A stretch of DNA of 43,881 bases from Deltaproteobacteria bacterium (GTDB lineage Bacteria; Desulfobacterota; Dissulfuribacteria; Dissulfuribacterales; QOAL01): positions 1 to 43,881 of the forward strand of contig JALSQG010000076.1 of assembly GCA_026985565.1 (NCBI GenBank), given 5' to 3'. The notes beneath the pieces are model-generated. The model had not been told where the DNA came from and did not search any database. It saw only the letters and a list, made by a program, of their open reading frames with translations. Position numbers and translations under genes: made by a program. The stretch's first letter is position 1; the number at the start of each line of letters is the position of its first letter. This document shows, in pieces, positions 28,795 to 37,713 of this stretch.

Positions 28795-29934
28795 ATGTTA
28801 AAGGTCAATGCAGAAAAGGAAAAACTTGTTTCAGCCCTTTCCAAGGCACTTCCCATAGTGGACAAAAAAACCATAATGACCCTCATCAACAACGTGCTTC
28901 TCTATACCAAGGACGATCACTTGATTGTGGAGGCAACTGATCTTGAGATATCCTTCAGGACAATAATTCCAGTGAAAATAGAAGAAGAAGGAAGCATAAC
29001 AGTTAATGCAAGAAAGCTTTACGAGATAGTAAAAGAGCTTCCTGAATCTGTCATAACCTTGGAAGAACTCGAAAACCATTGGATAAGGATTCCAGTTGGA
29101 CAAAAGGCTGAATATACCATTGCAGGCCTTGCGCCAGATGAATTTCCAAAATTCAGAAATTTTCCACAGGATAAAATCCTCTCTGTACCAGGCAATGTAA
29201 TAAAGGAACTCATAGACAGAACCATATTCTCCGTATCATATGACGATTCAACCTATGCCTTATCTGGTATTCTAACAGAGATCGAAAAGTCCCCCGAACC
29301 TGAAAAGACCACTGTTAGAATGGTTAGCTCGGACGGACACAGGCTTAACCTTGCACAAAAGGATATCCATCAATCATTTGAAAGTGATGAAAAATTCTCT
29401 GTAATTGTGATGAGAAAGGGCGCAAATGAACTTAGAAAACTTGCTGATATTAGCGATGAAATCTTTCTAAGTGCTGATGAAAAATTTCTTTATGTAAAGA
29501 CAGACACGGACCAACTTATTATAAGGCTGATAGAAGGGACATTTCCTGATTACACCGCCATCATTCCAAAAGAAAGAATAAGAACCTTCCTTTTTGAAAG
29601 AAAGGAGATTTTGTCTGCTCTCAAAAGAATATCCATAGTAATTCAAGATCCCACATTTAAAGGTATCAAGATTTCCATATCTCCAAACATGATGAAAATG
29701 GAGACCCTTGACAAAAAAATAGGCCAGGCTGAAGAAAAACTCAAAATCTCATATGCAGGAGAGCCCTTTGACATGGCGTTGAATGCAAAATATATGATAG
29801 ACGTTCTTCAGATAATGAAATCAAATCTAATAGAAATGTCCTTCAATGATGAAGACTCCCCAATCCTGATAACTGGAGAAGATGATAAAGGATTTATCGC
29901 CCTGATTATGCCAATGAGTCTTGAAGACGAATAA
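28795..29934 (+). CDS. dnaN: DNA polymerase III beta sliding clamp
   Basis: 379 aa with clamp-like three-domain periodicity. N-terminus MLKVNAEKEKLVSALSKALPIVDKK...IVEATDLEISF and C-terminus FIALIMPM. Confidence 0.95.
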   Translation: MLKVNAEKEKLVSALSKALPIVDKKTIMTLINNVLLYTKDDHLIVEATDLEISFRTIIPVKIEEEGSITVNARKLYEIVKELPESVITLEELENHWIRIPVGQKAEYTIAGLAPDEFPKFRNFPQDKILSVPGNVIKELIDRTIFSVSYDDSTYALSGILTEIEKSPEPEKTTVRMVSSDGHRLNLAQKDIHQSFESDEKFSVIVMRKGANELRKLADISDEIFLSADEKFLYVKTDTDQLIIRLIEGTFPDYTAIIPKERIRTFLFERKEILSALKRISIVIQDPTFKGIKISISPNMMKMETLDKKIGQAEEKLKISYAGEPFDMALNAKYMIDVLQIMKSNLIEMSFNDEDSPILITGEDDKGFIALIMPMSLEDE

Positions 29935-32370
<2,436 letters not shown>

Positions 32371-32408
32371 CATTTAGATAGAATAATAAAATCTGGAGTA
32401 AAAATACC

Positions 32409-32612
32409 ATGCAGTGTCAAAAGGAAAAGAATAAGCAAAGATGCAACTGTACCTACGAACCTTGTCCGAGAAAGGGAATATGCTGCGAATGTCTAAAATA
32501 TCACCTGAAGATGAGACAGCTACCTGGTTGTTGCTTTCCAAATGACGCTGAAAAGACGTGGGACAGAAGCTTTGAGCACTTTGCTAGGCTTGTAAACGAA
32601 GGGGCAGTCTAA
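32409..32612 (+). CDS. Small cysteine-rich cytosolic protein (DUF6485-like)
   Basis: 67 aa; CNCTYEPCPRKGICCECLKYHLKMRQLPGCCFP. Family name recalled, not searched. Confidence 0.5.
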   Translation: MQCQKEKNKQRCNCTYEPCPRKGICCECLKYHLKMRQLPGCCFPNDAEKTWDRSFEHFARLVNEGAV

Positions 32613-32619
32613 AAAGCCT

Positions 32620-34416
32620 CTAATGTGTATGAAGCCTCAGTTTTCTGAAGCCTTTTTCCTTTAGATGCTGGATTATCTCATCTGCATCCGGATTGTCATC
32701 CCGCACACCTACCCAGGTTTTGGACAGATGATCGTAAAGGTACTTGTCCGCACCTATTGGAACATCTACTTCCTCTCCTGTTACAGGATCATCGTATCTT
32801 TCCTCACCTCCAAGGGCATGAAAGGTATCCCAGAATTCCTCCATACGTTCTGATTCCTCACTGGACCACTCTTCCATGCCGGATTGCATTCTATGTTCAC
32901 TGTTTTCATGTATGAGCCTTCTCATTTTTGAATAATGGGAAAGTACCCTTTGTGCATCTGCCCTTGCCATGCGAGAATGACTTGAAAGCCAGTTCATGTC
33001 AACCTGCCAACTTTCGGCCATTTTTTTAAATACAGGTTCCCACTTATGTATATCGCCCTTCAGGGCTGTACCTATGAGCATTGGGCCAGGCCCCCATATG
33101 GTAAGATAGCCAAAACCACTCATAGGATTTTGGCTATAGCTCATGACCGCAAATATCATCATATCATACGGTTTGCCCTCAAACGTAAAGGTTCCACTTC
33201 CCTTTACAACCTTGCAGTTTGCGGAACCGCCACTGTTCATGAAGTTGCTATATTGTCTGGTAAACTTTTGAGAAAGCGCCCTGTCAATTTCTAAATGTTT
33301 TATTTGAAGATTGTCAAAGGTAATGTGGTATTTTGCTGCAAGGTCACTAAAAAAATTTTCAGAAACATAAGTACGGGCATCCACTGGAGGCATTCCAGAT
33401 GTCCCCATACTTGTCTGGGCATACTCGTAAAAGGGGTAGTAAACCCCTAAGAATCCTGCTTCCCTGTTAGGAGACAAGGCCTGAACAATCCGTATGTATC
33501 CGTTTCTTCCAAAGTCAGCCGTTCCTCCATTCACCTGCCAACCTTCGGGTACCATTATGGAAAAGCTTCTGTCAGTAGGCCTCCATGTTACAAATTTTGG
33601 CAAGGAACCCGTGCTGGTTTTACCATTTATTGGTTTAAGGCTTGATACGGCAATAGAAAGGGCCTTCAAGGTTGAAATATCTGCTGCCTTTACATAGGAA
33701 AAAACCCCTGTTTTGCCACCTGCCTTTTCACCCCCAACAACCTGAAGAAACCTACTATCAGAACTTTTGCTGCACACATAAAAGGTTGTATCTGCCTTGC
33801 TAAGGGCATCAACAGGGTTACACTTTCTTATAAGATGAGACATAAGGCCGTTGTCGAACTTCAAAACCCCTGCTTCGCCCCCATTAAGATCAATAACCAC
33901 AGTAGAGTCTGTTGTGCGGACTGTCGCATCAACTGGCACATAGATTTCAACCCCCTGTTTTTTCACCACGTGCCAATTCTTGGGAAACTCTCTTTGTGCA
34001 TGAAAGGCATTGATATTGTCTTTAGGTATTTCATTTCTCGTATTGTCTGCAACAGATGAAGATTTGCAATCTTGAAGTGTAAAAACGCCCCTGCCTTTAA
34101 GTTTAATGGTACATTCATCAAGGACCGTTCCTTCAATGGGATTCATATCTCCAATATCGCTCATTTCAGGCCTAAGGACTATCTTGTTGTTTTTAAAAAC
34201 ATATTTTCCAAGTTGGATCTCAACAACATCATCACCCTTTTCAAGCCAAAAGTCGTAATCCCCATCTTGGGTTATATCTAATTTAAGAGCAGCTCTATCT
34301 TTAGATATATAGATTCCTTCGCTAACAGCCCAGGAATTGGAAACAAAATAGGAAAGAGAGCAAATAAAGATAACAAACAGACAGCCAACCCTTATAAAAA
34401 ACAGGAAACGGTCCAT
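32620..34416 (-). CDS. Secreted or membrane-anchored protein of unknown function
   Basis: 598-aa uninterrupted ORF with a hydrophobic N-terminus (FLFFIRVGCLFVIFICSLSYFVSNSWA). No motif I recognise. Confidence 0.6.
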   Translation of the reverse strand: MDRFLFFIRVGCLFVIFICSLSYFVSNSWAVSEGIYISKDRAALKLDITQDGDYDFWLEKGDDVVEIQLGKYVFKNNKIVLRPEMSDIGDMNPIEGTVLDECTIKLKGRGVFTLQDCKSSSVADNTRNEIPKDNINAFHAQREFPKNWHVVKKQGVEIYVPVDATVRTTDSTVVIDLNGGEAGVLKFDNGLMSHLIRKCNPVDALSKADTTFYVCSKSSDSRFLQVVGGEKAGGKTGVFSYVKAADISTLKALSIAVSSLKPINGKTSTGSLPKFVTWRPTDRSFSIMVPEGWQVNGGTADFGRNGYIRIVQALSPNREAGFLGVYYPFYEYAQTSMGTSGMPPVDARTYVSENFFSDLAAKYHITFDNLQIKHLEIDRALSQKFTRQYSNFMNSGGSANCKVVKGSGTFTFEGKPYDMMIFAVMSYSQNPMSGFGYLTIWGPGPMLIGTALKGDIHKWEPVFKKMAESWQVDMNWLSSHSRMARADAQRVLSHYSKMRRLIHENSEHRMQSGMEEWSSEESERMEEFWDTFHALGGEERYDDPVTGEEVDVPIGADKYLYDHLSKTWVGVRDDNPDADEIIQHLKEKGFRKLRLHTH

Positions 34417-34625
34417 ATCTACACCTCCCCTAAAAATAGGACTATCAATAAAATTTTATCACCTTTTCTTAAAATAAGGAAATATCAAAATAGGTTATTA
34501 CTGGATCAGACTGCAAACTAAGATGGACCAGGTGGCAAGTTGCCGTAAGGAGAATGTCCATATCTGTGTAATTTTTTTCTTTTTTTTTGACTTAATTTTA
34601 GTAGCCAAGTAAAGCTCTCCGCTAC

Positions 34626-34667
34626 GGCTGTCAAGGACAAGCCCTTTGGTTGCCATCCTTGACAGCC
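34626..34667. repeat. Perfect 12-bp inverted repeat (hairpin) in non-coding DNA
   Basis: GGCTGTCAAGGA (34626-34637) and TCCTTGACAGCC (34656-34667) are separated by 18 nt. The loop can add CAA/TTG and CC/GG pairs. Confidence 0.8.
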
Positions 34668-34773
34668 TTGCTCCGAGCGTTGAACCTGAAAGTGCCGACG
34701 GCGGGAGGACGCCGACTTTTTACCTCTGGCAAAAGGACTTATATTACACATAATCAAAGCCTGTCTTCGAACA

Positions 34774-34992
34774 TCAGCGAGAGCTGTGCATATACCAAGG
34801 GCCAGTTAGAATTTCGGTGTCATCTTTTCCCGGTTCAATATGGATGATATGAACCCCGATTTTACTCAATCCGACTTTATCACCGATAGACTTTCTTATT
34901 CGTTCTGCATTTGAATTGAGAAAGTTAATACGCAACTGTCCTTTCATTTCTTCTATTTGTTTGGATTTTAGAATTAGATTTCTCATGAACAT
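34774..34992 (-). pseudogene. Cupin-family gene fragment (N-terminal part only)
   Basis: MFMRNL...RINFLNSNAERIRKSIGDKVGLSKIGVHIIHIEPGKDDTE resembles the N-terminal strands of small cupins up to the PGK.. turn. The frame stops before the His-containing metal motifs. Confidence 0.4.
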
Positions 34993-34999
34993 GCTCCCA

Positions 35000-35275
35000 T
35001 CATTCACTGTAATGAGCATGCATTCTGGAAATCTTGCCGTTGCTATCGACCTCCATGAACTCGCCAGCCTTGATGCCATTCTGATTGAGATAGAAAACAA
35101 CCACACTTCGTTCGCCATGCAGCACATCTAGAACGGTGAACTTCAAATCGGGATAGGCCTGCAAACCTTTTAGAAAATAGTTTTTGACCGCATCTTTCCC
35201 CTTGACTTCCGGGTTACCGAGCAACTTGCCTGCTATCGGCGAGACGAGAATTACATCGTCAGCATAATGCTGCAT
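35000..35275 (-). pseudogene. SnoaL/NTF2-like gene, apparently 5'-truncated
   Basis: The 91-aa ORF starts at ..ADDVILVSP.. (normally about 20-25 aa into the fold) and ends ..VDSNGKISRMHAHYSE. Its ATG lies 15 nt from the left inverted repeat of the transposase unit. Confidence 0.4.
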
Positions 35276-35289
35276 GATGCAGAAAATTG

Positions 35290-35303
35290 GGGACAGGCAA
35301 ATT
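35290..35303. repeat. Left arm of 14-nt perfect inverted repeat (GGGGACAGGCAAAT)
   Basis: Exact reverse complement of 36488-36501. Confidence 0.9.
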
Positions 35304-35538
35304 ATGTGAATTTAGACCAATGTGGTGGAAAAGGTTTTAAAAAGTTAAAAATATTTCCTGATGCTGGTAGCCCTAATTGACCAATTCGCTATGCTTAAAA
35401 AACAGAACACAACAAAAAATGTCGTGATTATCTAAAATCAAACTATTTTTGCCTGAAAAATTGGGGAATAAAGACTTTATCCCCCCGTGGGGATGATAGT
35501 TACCTGGCTTGTGCTTCCTAATATAGACAGATTTTTGG

Positions 35539-36414
35539 CTACTCTGAAAGCCTTTTAAGAGAATAAACCCCTAAAAGCCCAGAGATGGGAACAGGCCTCT
35601 TTTCCCGGCGGCATGTAAAATAATCTCTAAAACGTTTGTAACATGAAGATACAAAATCCTTGGTCCCTATTACTGCACTGTCTGTAAAATACCTCGTTCG
35701 GTAAAGAAGACGTTTTGACTCATGGGCTGGTTCTTTATAATGGGCCAAACCTGCCTTTTCATACACATAATTAATATACCTTGCTAAACGGGCATTATTG
35801 CTCATGCCATCATGGCCAGGAAGGCCAAAATCCAAGGAAAGAAGATCATCCTTGTTATTTGATTGAATATGATAGCCAATAGAACTCCACCTGTAGTCCT
35901 CAGGCCTTTTGCATAATCCAGCCCTAACAGGATTTAAATCTATGTAGGCTAAACAGTTGATAAGCGTGTTGCCATCTTCAACTATTACGCTTTTAAACCT
36001 CTCTCCCCAGAAAAAACCCTTCCTGCCATGCCTTTTGTTGTAAAAACGGGAAAACCTCTGCTTGATATCCCTTACATATTCTGAAAGACTGGACCACTTT
36101 TTCCTAAAAAACTCTACCTTTTCTTCTGTAAACCGAGCCTTTGCTTCAGGCCCATAATAGACCTTGTAACGTTTTAATACCTCTTTGTCATCAAACACAT
36201 CTCCTGGAAGCATGCGGACAAGCAGGTGGAAGTGGTTTCCCATGATACAAAACCCAAGAAGATCCACAAAATAGACCCTGCTCATCTGTTTTATAAGGGA
36301 GAGTAGATGTTCTTTTTCAACATCTCCCAGTACGTAACCATCAAGAGCGGTTCTTGACATGACATGATAAGCAGTAGGTTCCCCTGTTATGAGCATCCTT
36401 GGGATACGCGGCAT
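35539..36414 (-). CDS. HUH-superfamily Y1 tyrosine transposase (IS200/IS605 TnpA- or RAYT-like, long form)
   Basis: HUH motif GNHFHLLV and catalytic-Tyr motif CLAYIDLNPVRAGL. The start is taken at ATG 36414 (MPRIPRML); the ORF track starts 12 codons earlier at a TTG. Confidence 0.8.
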   Translation of the reverse strand: MPRIPRMLITGEPTAYHVMSRTALDGYVLGDVEKEHLLSLIKQMSRVYFVDLLGFCIMGNHFHLLVRMLPGDVFDDKEVLKRYKVYYGPEAKARFTEEKVEFFRKKWSSLSEYVRDIKQRFSRFYNKRHGRKGFFWGERFKSVIVEDGNTLINCLAYIDLNPVRAGLCKRPEDYRWSSIGYHIQSNNKDDLLSLDFGLPGHDGMSNNARLARYINYVYEKAGLAHYKEPAHESKRLLYRTRYFTDSAVIGTKDFVSSCYKRFRDYFTCRREKRPVPISGLLGVYSLKRLSE

Positions 36415-36487
36415 GGTTTTGTCACCCCTCTTTGTCCTTACTTGCTTCAATATCTCTTTTCGGAGGAAACAGGGGATGACTTCAATT

Positions 36488-36501
36488 ATTTGCCTGTCCC
36501 C
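36488..36501. repeat. Right arm of 14-nt perfect inverted repeat (ATTTGCCTGTCCCC)
   Basis: Exact reverse complement of 35290-35303. Confidence 0.9.
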
Positions 36502-36527
36502 CTATTCGTCCGTCCCCCTATTCGTCC
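36496..36527. repeat. Tandem direct duplication of a 16-mer (GTCCCCCTATTCGTCC x2)
   Basis: 36496-36511 and 36512-36527 are identical. The second copy ends exactly where similarity to the CRISPR repeat begins (36528). Confidence 0.9.
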
Positions 36528-36838
36528 TTTAGGGTAAGATTTGCAACAGGCAGTGGCGCCTGGAAGCCCAAGGCCCATAGCAAGTTTCAGTTGGAGGGCT
36601 TTTAGGGTAAGATTTGCAACCTGGCTCCAAGGCAGCAGTGACTTGAACTGAAGAGGTTTCAGTTGGAGGGCTTTTAGGGTAAGATTTGCAACCAATATTC
36701 CAGGTACGGTGACAGAAGCTAATGTTAGTTTCAGTTGGAGGGCTTTTAGGGTAAGATTTGCAACTGGTAATGTAAGATTAACATTGAGGACGGCGATATG
36801 GGTTTCAGTTGGAGGGCTTTTAGGGTAAGATTTGCAAC
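36511..36838 (+). CRISPR. CRISPR array: 4 identical 37-nt repeats, 1 degenerate terminal repeat, 4 spacers
   Basis: Repeat GTTTCAGTTGGAGGGCTTTTAGGGTAAGATTTGCAAC occurs at 36584-36620, 36656-36692, 36728-36764 and 36802-36838. The degenerate copy (36511-36547) keeps only the last 20 nt (36528-36547). Spacers are 36548-36583 (36 nt), 36621-36655 (35), 36693-36727 (35) and 36765-36801 (37). Strand is assigned from tracrRNA pairing. Confidence 0.9.
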
Positions 36839-36924
36839 CCCCACTCAAAATACGCGTAAAATCAAGTGATTGCGAGAATGAAAAAATGATTTTTTTCGAA
36901 ACAAACCATTTTGGCAAAAGAGGG

Positions 36925-36953
36925 TTGATTTTTTCGAAAAATGACTTAAAAAT
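36925..36953 (+). promoter_or_regulatory. Putative promoter of the tracrRNA
   Basis: TTGATT (36925-36930), a 16-nt spacer, then TAAAAA(T) (36947-36953). The predicted start at about 36959-36961 coincides with the first anti-repeat nucleotide. Confidence 0.4.
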
Positions 36954-36958
36954 TGAAA

Positions 36959-37070
36959 TATAAATCTTATCCTAAGAGTTCTTCAAAATCACCTGCGGGT
37001 GAGCTGAAATCACCAAAAGTCAAGGTTGACCCCGGCAACTCCTTCAATGAGGGATCCGGGGTTTCTTTTT
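36959..37070 (+). ncRNA. Predicted tracrRNA
   Basis: 36961-36986 forms 26 contiguous pairs (20 WC + 6 G:U) with repeat nt 33-8. 37004-37010 (CUGAAAU) pairs with repeat nt 7-1. Hairpins UCACC-UGCG-GGUGA (36989-37002) and GUCA-AGGU-UGAC (37019-37030). Terminal stem ACCCCGG/CCGGGGU followed by a U-tract. Confidence 0.6.
37029..37070 (+). terminator. Rho-independent terminator of the tracrRNA, overlapping the cas4 stop (possibly bidirectional)
   Basis: ACCCCGG (37029-37035) pairs with CCGGGGT (37056-37062), followed by TTCTTTTT to 37070. The cas4 stop codon is at 37069-37071 on the opposite strand. Confidence 0.55.
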
Positions 37071-37713
37071 ACAGCTTGTTTCTGCCTTTGGATGTAATGG
37101 TTTCTCTGTCTGCGCAAAAATTGAGATATTCGCATTGTGAGCATTGTGCGGCAGATGCTGCAGAAATAGGTAGCAATCCCTTTTTAATAGATCTCAAAAT
37201 TTTGCAAACTACATTTTTAACTTCATGCTCAATCTTATCATCGAGCGTATATTGACGTACCTTGCCCTTATTGCCATACAGAATAAACATAACACTGCAT
37301 TTTTTTTCGAACTTTTCTCTTGCCAGCATGCCATAAGCGGCTAGTTGCAATATCTGTCCACGGTTAGGACGGCTGGCCTCCATCTTAAATTCCACTGGTG
37401 AAACAGTCTCAGGCGTTTCCACTATCGCATCGCATATACCATGACAGGGTATAATGCTTCCTGCCAGCCAGACGTTGTGATGGATGGTTCCTTTTTTCAA
37501 ACCATAGCGTTTCAGTGTGCGCCTCCGATTCAGTATGCGCTGCCTTTCATGGTAGGCTATCCCCTGTTTTTGCCACGGTCTGTCGCCCGGATTAATATTC
37601 AGAACTTCATTGAAAAAAGGGATCCTGGGGCAAAAACAATACTGTCGTATCAAGGAGATTGGAAAGCTATACTGTGATGTGGCCATCTGGTTGAATATAA
37701 TGGAACTGGTCAT
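37069..37713 (-). CDS. cas4: CRISPR-associated exonuclease Cas4
   Basis: N-terminal Cys (QYCFCPRIPFF) plus C-terminal CSQCEYLNFC give the four-Cys Fe-S pattern. RecB-like D..E.K motif (CDAIVET...PVEFK). An alternative start at M10 (37686) is possible. Confidence 0.85.
   Translation of the reverse strand: MTSSIIFNQMATSQYSFPISLIRQYCFCPRIPFFNEVLNINPGDRPWQKQGIAYHERQRILNRRRTLKRYGLKKGTIHHNVWLAGSIIPCHGICDAIVETPETVSPVEFKMEASRPNRGQILQLAAYGMLAREKFEKKCSVMFILYGNKGKVRQYTLDDKIEHEVKNVVCKILRSIKKGLLPISAASAAQCSQCEYLNFCADRETITSKGRNKL

Larger units (their letters stand above)
35283..36527 (-). mobile_element. HUH/Y1 transposase unit with flanking inverted repeat motifs (IS200/RAYT-like, REPtron-like)
   Basis: A single Y1 transposase gene is bracketed by a perfect 14-nt inverted repeat (35290-35303 / 36488-36501). 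The flanks add GAAAA(A)TTGGGGA copies, a GGGG..CCCC palindrome (35463-35484) and a tandem 16-mer (36496-36527). Confidence 0.55.

Noticed and set aside
34518-34757. 79-aa ORF on the minus strand
   Set aside because: It runs across the 12-bp hairpin and a poly-A/T tract, has low-complexity basic composition (KKRKK, SSRRR), has no SD and resembles nothing I recognise.
35283-36527. Functional link between the Y1 transposase and Cas9 (CRISPR-associated transposon or IscB/TnpB-like ancestry)
   Set aside because: There is no tnpB/iscB, no Tn7-like genes, and no guide-like RNA associated with the transposase. Juxtaposition alone fits an incidental insertion or rearrangement better.
36548-36801. Self-targeting spacers
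   Set aside because: I scanned the four spacers by eye against memorable parts of the window and saw no match. This cannot be excluded without a computed search, so no claim is made.
36839-36956. Possible extra degenerate repeat or scaRNA-like element between the array and the tracrRNA
   Set aside because: The best similarity to the repeat, around CAAAAGAGGGTTGATT, is only about 9 of 16 positions. That is not distinguishable from chance by eye.
36839-36960. Conventional leader promoter driving minus-strand pre-crRNA, in the same direction as the cas genes
   Set aside because: Only weak hexamers exist on the minus strand (TTGCCA-17-AAAAAT). Minus-strand crRNA and tracrRNA would turn the six G:U pairs into C/A mismatches. 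This is not formally excluded without transcript data.
36486-37255. ORFs 36486..36917 (-, 143 aa) and 36953..37255 (+, 100 aa)
   Set aside because: The first is a read-through of the CRISPR array; its protein shows the periodic VANLTLKALQLK repeat. The second spans the predicted tracrRNA and runs antisense into cas4. Both are artefacts.
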